A stretch of 64,000 nucleotides of DNA from Mizuhopecten yessoensis (lineage: Eukaryota). Both the position numbers and the translations under genes were made by a program. The DNA lies in the NCBI RefSeq assembly GCF_002113885.1, contig NW_018408039.1:100406-164405 (forward strand), written 5' to 3'. The notes under the pieces are model-generated. The model was not told the origin of the DNA. It did not search any database and was given only the letters and a program-made list of their open reading frames with translations. Below are positions 12,934-27,128 of this stretch, piece after piece (position 1 is the first letter of the stretch; the number at the start of each line of letters is the position of its first letter).

Positions 12934-13850
12934 GAACACCCAAGGTTTTTTTTCAATCGTGTTAAAGTATCGTGTGAGTTACATAATTTCCAGTGCACTG
13001 ATCTCTGTCTTATTCTCTCACTAAGGATTCCGCCGACTCGAAACCGTCATCTAGATATAACTCGCCAAATACAGAAGAACAATTATTTCCCGAACTTGCA
13101 AAGGTCTGCAAAATTGCAGTGCATGCACTTCAACCATCCAACTAGTCTTACTACAGTAGATAAAGTGAATAAGCATGTGAATGTGAACGTTAAAATTGCA
13201 AATGCATGACAGCACTGTCATTGTGGCAATGAAGGGGAAATCATTCTGATATAGCCCTATTCCGCCTGAAAGTCTGAAAATGGAAATGACTATTGACATA
13301 AAGATCCGCAGGATTTACCGGACACACGATCTATGAATAGTTGTAATTAACATGTAGATGACCACTCTCAGCAGAATCTTTAGTTTGGAGGAATGACGTA
13401 TGGATCACTTCACACAAAAAAAATGTAATTTGTACTGTGATTTGGTATAATACTACAAACCTAGCGTTGATTCAAGCATTCACATGCTTATTCACGTTAC
13501 CTACATTAGTAAGACAACATGGATGGTTGAAGTGCATGCAATTATGCAGACCTTGCAGGTTCGGGAGAGAACTGTACTTCCGTATGGGGCGACTAACATG
13601 TAGATGACCTTTCCGAGTCGGCAGATTCTTAGTGAGAGGATGAGGCATGGATGAGTGCACAGGGAAATTGTGTAATTCACACTGTAATTTGACATGATAC
13701 CAAAACCCTAGTGTTGATAGTAACATCCACATGCGTATGCACTGTAACGACAGAAGAGAGACTAAAAGACAGATGGTTGAAATACATGCAAAGCAATCTT
13801 ACAGGCTGTGCAGGTTCGAATTGATAAATATGTTATCGTACTTGGCGACT
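12934..13850. repeat. Old ~246-bp repeat: two diverged tandem copies (13348-13850) plus an inverted copy (12934-13185)
   Basis: taacatgtagatgacc at 13348 and 13594; the reverse complement of 12972-13185 aligns to 13477-13685 (ggatggttgaagtgcatgca). Confidence 0.85.
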
Positions 13851-14021
13851 ACTGTGAATTTCCCATGATAATCTTGGTGTGGGGATTTCTCCTGTGTCTT
13901 CTACTTGGGGGACATAGACGAAACCAAAATTGATTTACTTCCACCATTGCAACATTTGGGATCGATCTGTTTTTATTTTTTTATTTTTATTTTGTGTTGT
14001 CTCCCTAGGTACCTGTTTTCA

Positions 14022-14072
14022 TACGACCTTAGCTGTTGTAAGGACGCTAAAACCCCAAACATTATCAAATCA
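14022..14072 (+). mobile_element. SINE 3'-tail fragment
   Basis: gaccttagctgttgtaaggacgctaaaaccccaaac resembles the shared V/Meta SINE tail. Confidence 0.5.
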
Positions 14073-14079
14073 ATATATT

Positions 14080-14489
14080 AATAGTGCGCGTACTTTACAA
14101 TGGTTGTCATGTTTTTATTTTACTGCATATTATAAATTGGGAGTAGCCAGTGACAGCGAAGTTTCAACTATCAACAACCCCTTCCCAAAACATATATCTG
14201 TTCGTGTCTGACTTCGTTAATTCACATTAAATAGTGCGCATACATTACAATGCTTGACATGTGTTTATTTTACTGAATATTATAGATTGGTTGTTAAGGG
14301 ATTAGCCAGTGACAGCCTATACATTCGCTTTATAGTACTTCTTTATGTGACGTCTCGCTGTCATGTAATTGGGATTACCTTGACGCTGCGCTGACGTATT
14401 TCATTGTGATCCTCGTGTTTTGCTGACTTGTCAACAACCACTTCCCGAAACATATGTCTGTTTGTGTCTGCCTTCGTTAATTCACATAT
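14080..14489. repeat. Tandem duplication whose copies differ by a ~110-bp internal segment
   Basis: aatagtgcgc..tagccagtgacagc..tcaacaacc..cttcgttaattcacat occurs twice (14080-14228 and 14230-14489). Confidence 0.85.
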
Positions 14490-16235
14490 ATCTAATTTAC
14501 CAATGATCATCAGGAGAGACGCCATTAAAATGACAGAAAATGCGTTCGAATGGGGATAGCAAAAACTTTCTAAACGCAAAACAATAATAAAACACATTTT
14601 ATTGCATAATTATGGCAACATATATGCCCCTTTTGGGCTAGATATAAGCCGCCTGATTTAATCTTATAAGAAGAGGGGTGCAAAGATATTGTCATTTAAC
14701 ACAAATACTGGAACGCTGATATTGAGGTGCTTCCTCGAAAAGTCATATGGACAAAAGCCGTGTGTTACAGGCTACCATAGATGTAAAAGAGTGGTTTGTG
14801 TTGTCATGTAATATGCAACCACAGGAGAAAATTATATAGCTTTTTTGATGCTGCGTTTGCAACATACTTAACAGTGGGACAAGAAATGATAACACATTTG
14901 GATTCTAGAAAAGTTCTTATCGTGTAAAGTTCGATCGTATTTTTGTTGAAGATTGTAGCCTATGCTATGGCTTTTTGTAATATCAGATCATACCGACGGT
15001 TAGAGATTAGTGACGTCACAGATCACGTGGGACATTTTATAGTAATATTATTATCATTTGAAAGGCAGATATGGTTGGTGTTCTGCGAATAAGATCTTTA
15101 ACATTGAGACTTAAGTGTTATAAGGGTGTTAAAATAGTATTCAAGTTTTCAATCTCAATCTGTTTCATTATACCTAAGCTGTGATGCTTGAATAGCATTG
15201 TATATTTGGGATGAATACTAAATGACGTATTGCTGATTTAAGGTATAATAAAAATGAACTATGTAACGATTTTATTTGTTAAATATGTTTTTTGTTTGTT
15301 TTGAAACCTGTTGATGATGGCTGTGAAAATGTTTTATTTGTATAATAATGACAACACGATTGTACGTTGACTTTGAAAAGCAAACGAGGATAGATTGGCT
15401 TCTTCCTATCAAAAGCTTACCTGTGATAATGAAAGTCGTTATTTACCACCTGACCGCAGTTGTAAAATATTATAAGATAAACATTGAATGTATTTAGGAA
15501 ATATCATCAGTGATGATTTGATATGCATTATCCATAATATTAAAACACATTTTCTAATGTCATTGCCTTGGACACAGAACTAGTCCCGTCGGAGTCATAA
15601 ATTAAAATAAAACTGGGTGCTATGCCGATGGATATATGATCCCCAAATGGGATTTATTCTTTATGAAAATACCATAAGAATGAGTATTTTCCTTTGATAT
15701 TTATGATCGAAACAATTCAATCTTCCCGATGCTCAACGACAGCCGCCAACCTGTATATTTCTTGATCTGTTTTCTGAAACTTTTAAATAAATGAACTGTT
15801 GATATCTTCAGAATGTAGTTTCGATGCGTTTACCATGTTTGTTTACCATATGTATCTTGTTATCTCTAGATGACATATTTGAACCGAATAACTGTAGTCA
15901 TTACATATGTTCGTAAACAAAGATGAAATTTATTATTTTTTGTTACATAATTCTTTGTTGTTTGCACAACAACTTTTTTGACAGACTCGGTTATATAACT
16001 GCAGCAAGAGTTGACATCTTACATGCGCAAAATCAACATTATAATTAGGAAGTTAAGAAAAACTCTTTTAAATCACTTTATAAGTCGACGAACAAAGCAA
16101 CTCAAAGTAAACATTTTACTGTATAAAACATGGCTTTTTGTTCATTTAGAATTCACTTGGTATTAAAATGAAAACGAATACAAATCTATGTCTAAAGTGT
16201 TCTTAAGCCAATGTAGAAATACAGCTACAGAGAAT

Positions 16236-16590
16236 ATAATAATAAATAATAATTGGAGGTTCTTATATACCGCTTTATCACAACCTAGTTCGTAGGTCGT
16301 CTCAAAGCGGTTCACAAATTAGTATCCGTGGTTATAGGGCCTTTGCAACTGGCCAGTACATTTCTCAACTCCCTGGGGAGTATACAGCCGGAGCTGCCAT
16401 TTCGGCGCTAACAGCTAGCATTCAACAATTCTAGTACTGCCCAACCGCGTACTCATTTACAGCTGAGTAGACTGGAACAAGCGGAATAAAGTATCTTGCT
16501 CAAGGATACAACACATTGCCGTGCCGTGGCGCGAACCCCGCAACCCTTCGGTCACGAGCCCGGCGTCCAACCACTAGACTACCGTGCCTC
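16236..16590 (-). mobile_element. Full-length tRNA-derived CORE-SINE with L2-like tail
   Basis: Minus strand: gaggcacggtagtctagtgg (A box), ggggttcgcgcc (B-box-like), gtgttgtatccttgagcaagatactt..ctcagctgtaaatgagtac (CORE-like), aaccgctttgagac..ataaagcggtatataagaa, then (att)n. Confidence 0.9.
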
Positions 16591-17472
16591 AATATGGCCA
16601 TGTAGAGCTGTTTAGGACGTTACGAAGATTATCTTTCATAGCAGATTTGAGAGAAGAACGAGGCATTCGATACGCCGGGATTAGAGTTCATATATTCTGA
16701 TACACAGGTATAGGCATTCAATGGCCTTTTACTAATTAAAAAAAAGGCTTATCTTCATTAAGTCATTACCTTGGGAAACATCAACTCTGGCATTTTGGTT
16801 TTTGATATCCAGCTTCATTAGTAAGCAATAATTGATGAAGAAAGATATCAATTTCCGGATTATAATGTCACCGTGTATTACTAAAAGATTTATAACATAA
16901 TTGTGGTTAATTTTAACATCCTTCCTTTTGTAACAATCCTAATTGAAGCTACGTGACTTGAATGACACAGCTTACCAGCAAGAAAAACAACATACCGAAA
17001 GCAACATATATCCTATTTAAAAATAAAACAGTTGGACGTAAAGTCAATCGTGTTCCTTGCAGCTTTACATTTAGGAGAGAAGACGTCTCATTTGAACTAA
17101 TCCTTCTCCAGTGCAATGCATGATTCGAGAAAACAGTAAAGCGTGCATTTAAACGTAAACCCGTCAAAACCTAACTGCTGACCAAAAATCAATCTTGTCC
17201 GATAAATGAACAGACGTAGAAACACATAATTGTAACCATCCTTTGTCACGCATTCTAATCACTATACAACGGAACGCCTTATGAGCAACCAAAAGAGTCA
17301 AATACAAAGCGGTTCACATGCTATTTCTGGATAAGCTTACCTTTTATTATTGTTGGTATGAAGGTAATGGGAATTCTATTTTTGTTGAGAGGGAATCAGT
17401 TTTTAGTTGTGCTGTTATTACAATAGTTTATCTTTGGTACATTTCCTAGCTTAAGTTTGAGTTTGCTATCGA

Positions 17473-17583
17473 ATTCGCTTTGTAGTACTTCTTAATGTGA
17501 CGTCTCACTGTCATGTAATTGAGATTACCTTGACGCTGCGCTGACGTATTTCATTGTGATCCTCGTGTTTTGCTGACCTGTCA
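17473..17583 (+). repeat. 111-bp dispersed copy of 14323-14433
   Basis: attcgcttt..gattaccttgacgctgcgctgacgtatttcattgtgatcctcgtgttttgctgac..gtca is nearly identical at both sites. Confidence 0.92.
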
Positions 17584-17803
17584 CATACACGTATATTATA
17601 CGATATATCACAATTTAACTTTATATACAAAACATGTACGTCTTAATTGTGTCGCAGCGTTTCAAGGCCGACTGGTACCTTTGTCAATCTATGACTGAGT
17701 GAGTGATTTGTATTGTTAACCTGTACAACGATGCGACAAAATTGTATGTCATTTTTTTCTCGATCCGGGACGATATGGTGTATATCTAGCCTCCACTCCG
17801 ACG

Positions 17804-18140
17804 GAGGCACGGTAGTCTAGTGGTAGGACGCCGGGCTCGTGACCGAAGGGTTGCGTGTTCAAGTCACGGCACGGCACTGTGTTGTATCTTTGAGAAAAAT
17901 ACTTTACTCCGCTTGTTCCAGTCTACTCACCTGTAAATGAGTATATGTAGTTTGGCCGTGCTAGAATTGTTGAATGCTATCTGTTAGCGCCGAAAAGGGA
18001 GTTGAGAAAGGTATTGGTTGGTTGTAAAGGCCATATAACCACGGATAATAACGTGTGAACCGCTTTGAGACGATTTACGAACTAGGTTGTGATAACGCGG
18101 TATATCAGAACCTCGAATTATTATAATTATTATTATTACT
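17804..18140 (+). mobile_element. CORE-SINE, same family, with a small internal deletion
   Basis: gaggcacggtagtctagtggtaggacgccgggctcgtgaccgaagggttgcgtgttcaagtc head; (att)n tail. Confidence 0.9.
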
Positions 18141-21100
18141 CCCGTTAGATCTGCATCGGGCCATACAGATGACTCAGCTGGTGCCTCTTTGTTCATATTT
18201 TGAAGATATTAGAAAAAACCTATTTTGCTAAATTTGAAAACCCCGAGGGTGGAATTTCCAAATCCATATCAATGTTGAGCCATTGTGATGTTACGTCACG
18301 TGACAATGGGTATAACATAGAAATTTCTTACCCCTTTCTTACCCTGGACACCTCTACCGTAAACACAGAGAAATGTGAGAACACGCTGTTTTACTATTTT
18401 ACTATCCTATCCTATTTTTCCAAGATGTTGTGTCCGACACAGTGTCAGAAACGACAGGATTCAAGCTATACACTATTTAGAAATATGTTCAACTAAATAT
18501 ATTTTCCTAACAATGTAACGATGGTAAAAGAAGGATTAGACAACTCTATATAATATTCTGTTGCCATATTAAAAAGGGTTAGGTATGGATTAATTATGAT
18601 AAAATATATTTGAGAAGATCTCAACAGAAGCCAAGAACACATTAAAAAGGGTAAGTATTCCCGGTACTACATGTGACACAGGAAGACAGGGGTTCCTTTT
18701 GAGTCACCTTTAATGTGTCGATCGTCATCTTCATTTATGACGCGCTCTACAAGATTGTAATTATATATTAGGTCTACCATGAAATGCATCTCGTGTAAAC
18801 CAACACATTTATTTTTGCAATTCTATAAATCGATTTCGTGATATATCATGGTATTGAAACTACGTGTAGTATACAAAAAGCGCCTTGGTCTAAAACATTT
18901 CTCATTATGTATTAAATGACAGTATGCATTTGTCCATTTTTACACACATTGTTGGCGATACGAATCTGACCGCAATTTAGCACACATGACCAAATCTAGA
19001 ACAAACAATAAGAAGACAATAACAATGGTCATTTGGGACATGGTATGGTCAATTAATTGACTGACCATGCCAATACTAATTTCAGCCAATATAACACGTT
19101 TATATATGAGGAGCCTGTTAAGTCTCTCAACGCAATTTTAACAAATGAACAAAAAAAAAAACGTTATTGGGATGTTAGACATTGGCCAAAATTAACGGAC
19201 AATGGTTGAGTCTACATGAAGGGTCTGAAACGCCATGGCAGGCCTACTGAAGTGGTTAAGTAGGTTGATTACGGTTCATATTTGTCGGTAGGGTCTCTTG
19301 TCATCATTTGAGAGCAGATGTGGTTTCTTCCATGCGTACTACTTGAACAATATAGAAATACGTGTTATATGCGAATAACAGGATGTGGGTGGAATTAAGA
19401 ATTTGTTGAATCGTGATGAGATCAGAGTAGTTCCTTCTGTCATAAATGTCACAACACTAGAAGATGTCTGTGGGATTCATTGTTGAAAGGTGAGTTCAGA
19501 CAGCGACATTATGTCATGTGTCATGTGACCAAAATATTTGTGAAGTCCACTCCACCAATGACAGGCACTTTGAATGCATCTAGTAAACATCTAGCTTAAC
19601 ACGATATGAGTAAGGACTAGAAAGGGATGATAAAGAGCAAGGATACTGTTTTTCTCTTTCAGATAAAACCCTGAGGAATTAAACCATATCTATTAAGGAA
19701 AGGAAACGTGTATGCCAGTTGCATCAACATGTACATACAAATCTGGTGGTTTGTGTAGTGTTATAAGTTATATTACATAAAGCTTTCATTGGACGCTTTT
19801 ACCTTGGACGTGTTTTATTACTCAGAATACGTTCCTTACAGCCGTCTTTTCGAAACCAGTGTTATCCTTGTTTGTATTTCAAAACATTAAAAAAGGATAA
19901 ATCATGAAATGAAATGTGTTCAAAACAAATGTTGTTTTTGGTACTTTATTGGCCAAACTAAATAAATGGTGTTGCTGTGAGCTGCAAATGTCACAGGTCA
20001 CGAATTGCAGTTGAAAATATGGAATAAAAAAGCTTCTTAGACTCGTTCAGATTGGTTACCGAATTTATTTCAAATTGATAAGTTAACTTTGAAAAGATAC
20101 AAAAGACGTTTGGTCCACCGTCTTTAATAACCTTTGAAACTTAGGTAGAGTACTAAAACTAATGTGCTATTGTCACTATCAAATAATATTGGTCAAGAGC
20201 ACTTTCCACTGAACTTTGTTATGTAAATCACAACTTTCCATGCACTTAGTGAAGTCGTTCAAAATTTGATTTTTTCTTTAGAGAGAGAACAAATCTTGGA
20301 TGTCGGAATCAAACTAACTAGGGACCTCTAAACTACCATTCTAACACTTTACCCCTGCTGTTGTCAGGATTTAGAAATGCCTTTTAAAACCACCGGAAAT
20401 GGAAAAAAAAAATCCTGCTGCACTTTCTATTTATGCGAGTGCATATTCTACGACAGCTCTAAACTGGAACTTTTCTTTGCGATTATAACTGACGCTATGA
20501 TAACACTATTCTTTGTTATATTTCTGATGATTATACTGTCAGAGGTTCATGCTAATCTGTGTAATTGGATATCATCGTATATTGAGATATGTTAACTTTG
20601 AGCATCAAATTGCAATCGCTACATACGGGTTCTTGTATGACTGCTCTAGTGCACTGATACTGTGACGTTAAGTGTTGCCAATGATTTCGTGACAAGCTGC
20701 AATATACATGTAGCTCATTTAAAAAACAGAATTCCCTAGTATGTAATTATAGGAATTGACAAAGCATGGATTCCATTTTCAACAGATTTCAACACGCACA
20801 TGTACAATGTAGCATTAGATTAGCTCCTTGAGGTGAAGAAGATGAATGCACTTGAAATCCCAAACAAATATCAAAAATGTGAAAACAAACGCGGTTATCT
20901 CATTATTTTTCCCTTTTCATAAGACTAAAGATCTTTTTGTTGCATATTTCCCTCCCCTGAAATATATGGCAAATAAGGCTAAGCTTAGAGTACGTTGTCC
21001 GTTGTGGATTAGATGTGAGAATGAAATATCCAGTATCAGATTCAACCTGAGGTGTAAGTCCTTTTTATTGTCATTATTGCATTTCAGAAATATTATTTTC

Positions 21101-24100
21101 ACGTCCGCGAAGTAGAAAAAATGTATTTATACATGCAATTGTTTATAAATACTGTACACGTTAAAAGGTGTTATTCAAACCACTAATTAAGGTAAAGGAT
21201 TAGGACATTTCATGGTTAAAATGAAACTTTAAAACAGTTAAAAAAAAAAAGAAGATTTGCTGTCTTAAAAGAAGTTTGATATTGGAACAAGCAGATTTCC
21301 AGTGGCTTAATTATCGGTACATGTTTGTTGTGGTCATACATTTAATATGGGACACCTAGACACCCATAATTGATTCGTAAGTAAGCGTAACCAAAAACAT
21401 TTCGAGGGTGCGGGACGCACTCAACACAATGAATGGTGATATGGTAGGAGTTACAATAACTTTGTTATCGAAAAATCTGTCGGACACATTGCTCATGCAA
21501 GTGTGTAGTAGCTTTACAGATCAATACTGTTAAGTAATCACCACGGTAGTTACTCCAAACCAAAGCATGGCCTCTCCTGCAGATATGCAACTTTTTGTAA
21601 TAACCATGTATCCAGACACCTATTATGTCTGCAATTGCGACCTCGTGCGACAACGTGGAAACAAAGACATGGATAGTTTCATGTTTCACAAAATCTCTGT
21701 TTATATCATTTTTAGGGCGTTTCCTGTAGATAGAGGGAATTGCTCCGGTTGGGCATTGCTCTATTGTATAACGGATCAATTCTCCTGACCATAGTTGTAA
21801 TAAAATAAGAAACGATTCAATATTGAGAACAACTGCTCTTTGATCGAGAACATGTATGATTTCCATGTCTCGACTTTGATGGCCGGTGTTGAGTCATTGT
21901 CTTCCGAACGGCATACTGCAAATCACGGAATGAATTTCTTATGGATGTAAAAGATCACCCGGTAAATAATCATTATGCGATAGATAAGATATTCTCATTA
22001 AAACCTGACGAGATTTGTAGAACTCTGTAATTAATAGTGGTCTATTAACCCTTCCGGTATTATTGTCAGACCGCACACTAGGTGACATTAAAAGCGGTAT
22101 CAGAATCTTCAAAGCGTACGGATGTTAATAAAGATTTTAAACCACAAAGAAATATCACATGTCTCCCGTAATCGGTCTCCCTTTAAGTAAGAACATCCGA
22201 ATAGCATGAATGTTTTAAATGACTTCAACGGGAATTGTCAGTGGCCAGCGCTGGCATTATATTTGATTGGGTAGTTATAGGTCAGTAAGGTTAATATAAA
22301 TTACACTTAGTATCCGAGTATATAAATCGTATTTGTGATCACTTTCGATAGCTTGTATAAAATGAAATCAATTTCGTCGTATAATTTTGAAAGGAATCCC
22401 ATAAAAATCATATATCGCAAATTCGCATATGCATTAAATATTGTATATGTTAATCTTCGTTTTGCACTGTCAAACAAATTCATTGTCGCAAAATGTCTTC
22501 TTGGTCCACCATTTTGAAAAATAAATATTCGCGAAGACGAATAGAATTTCAGTAAGTGAACACCACTTCAATCGTCGGCATTGCATCAATGTAAGAATAC
22601 ATTGATAGCAGGAGAATGGCACATTTGATTTTGAATCAGTCGTTTCGTGTCCCCTTTTACCCCTAGCAAGCTACGGTAATGGAAAATTTCTACGACATAA
22701 AGCTGACGACAAAATATAAGATGGGATTATGATTTTAGAATGATAACATGAGATTCGTGTTAAGATCGTTTGGTCTAGCATTCCACACTTAACTAGGTTG
22801 AAGGAATACATATATATATAGGAAAATTCCAACGTAAACCGCTTCACTTTTAGATATAAAATAAACTCTAAAATCACAAATTGATTAAATCTTCAAGGAT
22901 AGAAGACCTTTCTACATGGACAGTTTCTAAATGCAGATTTTGATTAGGACAGGGACTATGAAGAATCAAAATGCGTGAAATTACCAATTCGGATTGTGAT
23001 AAATATATATTATCTGGCAAAATTCATTTATCTAGGCGCGGAAAAAAATTAATGTCAAATACAACGTTTTACATCACCAAAAAGCAATCAATCATGACAG
23101 AAACGTGCATTTCGTTCAACCAGCTGACAAGGATACTAACAATATCGTTATTTATAAGTATGCAAACTGTCTACAAACTGTTTACTTATTGGAAAATGTA
23201 TTTTCTTCTTGTGTGATTAGAAATTGTGACATTACATATGACCTAGATTTACAGAGCGCTTGTGGTCAATGAAGCATAATTTGTGTTCCCCTCTTCGTCT
23301 TATTCGTCCTGTTATTGAAATGTCTCCTTGAAAGTCATTCCTTTGTTCATATTTTGCCTCGGCAATATTAATTTTGAGTTATGATTATGGTTTTGTTAAC
23401 AATTATGTATTCTCTTGTTATCATTGTTCAGCAGTTAATTTTGCTGTTTTCCGAAAACAAATGTTCTTTTGGAAAACAGACAGTTTAATTTAACAAGGAT
23501 TCACTATATATGAAACGTAAGTTATCAGACCAGACATTTTTACATACAAACAGAAAGGAAAGTTAATAACACTCCTTATATGGTACATTACAATTTTAAC
23601 GTAAAATAGTTAGTAATCTACAACGATTTTGTTCATGCATAATCATTGACAATACCTATATAATCCTTGTCCGTTGATTACAAGCCTGATCTATGCTTCG
23701 AGCTGGTACAGCATATAACAGCTGTTGTATATCAGCATACATGACCGCACAACATATGGTACAGGACTTCGTTCAAGTGACAGACCCCCTGTGTGCTTCA
23801 ATCGAAGTCGAATATACTCATCACCACCACCATTACAGGACTCCCGGAATCTAATTTCCGTATCTATTCTGGTTAAAATCTCCGAGAAGATGTGCCTTTG
23901 CTGTCTATATATGCGGGATATACAGCGATTGGCTTTGATAAATGTGTGGATCGAGAACACGACTAGTGCGAAGCCTGTTTGTGGAAATGTAACACACACC
24001 GGAATAAATTGTTCTTCAATGTCAGGGTATATGAAATTTTCCCATTTGTACAGAGCAATTTAACTTTAATTTAATTTTGTCCATTTGAAGGTCATCTGAC

Positions 24101-24244
24101 GAATCTCTCACTAGGAAATTCAATTTGGAGTAAGGTAAGATAACGTGAAGGAAGAACCTTTAGATAGTGTCATGTTTATGTATCGGGGACACGCGTTTTT
24201 GATGGCTGGACTCGAATTGAAGACGGCATTGTCTTGCACCGATG

Positions 24245-24397
24245 TGGTTTACCCTACTGTTATACATGTAATCCTGAGAAACAACACAAAGGTGTCTTAT
24301 CTAGTTCTACGACAAACTAACATTGGTTGACCCAACTGTTATGCATGTAATCCTGAGAAACAACACAAAGGTGTCTTATCTAGTTCTACGACAAACT
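24245..24397. repeat. 79-bp direct tandem duplication
   Basis: actgttat(a/g)catgtaatcctgagaaacaacacaaaggtgtcttatctagttctacgacaaact at 24256 and 24335. Confidence 0.95.
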
Positions 24398-26535
24398 GCC
24401 ATCATCGTTGTATAGTTTGATTAGTGTAGAAGCCACACACTAATTTTTAAACAGTTATCCCTCTGCAGAGCAAAAAAATGCAATATCTTAATATTACAAA
24501 CCTCATCCCAATGTAAACAGAATGATCCAAGTTAGCTTGTAAGTTGAAAACATCATCGATTCTATCTAAAAAGAAGCAACACGACAATACTGACGTGTCA
24601 ACAAAACCATAGTTCCAAATCAAAATCGATAAAATTAGGACAAAAATATGAACAAAGGAAAGATTAATATGAAGACTGATAGCAAGAAAATAGATCAAGT
24701 AATTGTCTTCAGCTGGGATTCATGTCTTGAATGCAGGGAAATATTTATTAAATGTTTAAATTGAAATTATAGTTGAATTCTGAGTTTGCAAATCTTCACT
24801 TGTTTTAAAACTTCAAGTTTGAAATGAAATTAGGTTTTTGAAATTCTGATTAGAGGATATTTACTAAATTGCCAAAGTTTTTAATATGTAAAACTTTGGA
24901 TAAATGATATTTTTGTTGACAATGAAATTATTTAAAATAGTCTACATATCCAACCTCCGAGGCAGGTATTACAAAATGTAAGGTGCACTACCGAGGAATC
25001 ATCCATAATGTAAGTGAAGTTACTTTAGCACTCTCATTTTTGAAAAAAAAGATTGGTAAGCATACGGAAACAAATCGTTATATAGATGAAAATTACGAAA
25101 AGTAGGTGGACCAGGAAATCAAAGTAATTTAGACATTTACAGGAAGCAACTACAAGGAATTACCCTGAACTACATTTGATCCAAATCTACCTGACCCTAC
25201 GTTCATAATTTTAAAGAATCAAAGGTAAACATTTAGATCTATCATTGATGAGGAATCTATCGAATAATCTAGACCTCCAATAGAATAAAACCAACACAAA
25301 CTAGTTCTTTATATTAAAATGTACTTCCAAAGAGGTAAATGTAGTGCAAGTTTGTTTTGTCTATGCAGTAAAAAAAAATCCAGATACAAAATATAACACA
25401 CAGTTAAACATAAAACTTAACTTTTATGAGGAAATTGATAAAGTCGCTATACCGTACACACTAATATCCACAAAGCAGCTAAAATCTGCAATAGGATATG
25501 CTGCCTAGTGTGTCGCTGTGGCGAAACTTTAGTTAGTCCAAGACTTTTTCAGGGAGAAAACATAAAACACATCTTAACAAGCATTTGCACACATTGAAGA
25601 GGATATATTAATATAATTGGACAAGAAAACGACGGCATCTTCCAGCATCTGGTACATGACTTTTAATGACACAGCAATGATTCAACAATGGTTCAAATCG
25701 TATATGTCTAAGTCTTGCACTTTGTGTAGAAACAGGGCTAAATGCAAACACTTAACGTTGACACCGCAAGAAAAGCGATGTCAAAGTCCCGCCTTCGTAA
25801 AATAGGTCACAGGCGGCACAAAACAAAACGTATCCCAATCTGAATTAATAGGTTTTTTTCCGTCAAAGCATTTCTAAATGACATTTGCTGTTTAAAGAAA
25901 AGGTAATATTAAAAACAATGATATAATATAAAGCTGTTTCGAGACACCTTCAACGGTACACCAGCTCTCTTAAATGTCGTAAGGTAAATATACAGATTGA
26001 TATGCATATTCATTTATTATTGTATGAAAACCAATTACCTCTTAATGTTTTCTCGCAATATGAGACAACGTGAGTCATGGAATGTTTCCAAGCAACAGGG
26101 GTTAATAGTATAGTAAAGGTAGAGATTATATATCTAAATCCCTAAACACATCGTGCGTAGAACGCGCGTTCTATATAAATATAAACTGTGTAAATAGCGT
26201 GTGTTAACAATGTCTTACCTTCCGCACAATATGTGTGCAGTGTGAAGAATTTGCACGTACTTGATACAGACATCACCAAACATATCTTTTGACATCAAAC
26301 TTGTGTCCATACTATTGTTTGGCGATATTTTTCTTATCAACATAAATAAATAAATAGAATAAACGGCAATAAAATATATATATGAACTAAAATAATACAA
26401 ATGATAACTATCTAAGGAATTATTTGATTAGAATTAATAGATCAATCAATTAATCCATAACAAACGGTGAAAAATATATAAATAGTCTCCATTGGTATAT
26501 ATTGGTGTAAGTGAATACACAGACATCAAATTAAG

Positions 26536-26870
26536 AATGATAATAATAATTCGAGGTTCTGATATACCGCTTTATCACAACCGAGTCCGTAGGTCGTCTC
26601 AAAGCGGTTCACAAGTTGTTGTACGTGGTTATAGGGCCTTTGCAACCAGCCAATATCTTTCTCAACTCGTTGGGGAGCATACAGCCGGTGCTGCCATTTT
26701 GGCGCTCACAGCTAGCATTCTACAATTCTAGCACTGCCCAACCAAGTTTCAGTTCCAGTTCAAGCGGAGTAAAGTATCTTGCTCAAAGATACAACACAGT
26801 GCCGTGCCGTGACTCTAACCCGCAACTCTTCTGTAAAGAGCCCGGCGTCCTACCACTAGACTACCGTGCC
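26536..26870 (-). mobile_element. CORE-SINE copy
   Basis: Same family as 16236-16590, with a partial deletion in the CORE region. Confidence 0.9.
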
Positions 26871-27128
26871 AAAACACAACACGATTAGTATGGGACTGAC
26901 ACCGCGTACAGCAAGAACGTAATGACAGGACATAGTCGTAGATAGAATATAGTTAATTAGGTTCAGTAATTGATTGATCATTCAAATCAACACAAATCAT
27001 TTCTGTAACTATTCATGTTATAATTGATCTATCCTGGTTTAGGACTGATGCATCGTCATCAGGGTTAACTTGACAAAATGTTCCCCAAAAGACGGACGTT
27101 GCGCTGTGTTGCCATGGAGCTGACTTAC

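Noticed and set aside
17804-17880. tRNA gene (also 43770-43860, 47995-48060, 49986-50050)
   Set aside because: Imperfect cloverleafs that run directly into repeat bodies; these are element heads.
19382-19730. Plus-strand spliced segments (donor gtgagt at 19490, acceptor at 19662)
   Set aside because: No open frame through the donor; could be lncRNA but cannot be supported from sequence alone.
21465-24063. 100-130-aa ORFs (21465-21866, 23691-23999, 23725-24063; also 34316-34744 and 45639-45974)
   Set aside because: No recognisable motifs or exon boundaries; lengths plausible by chance.
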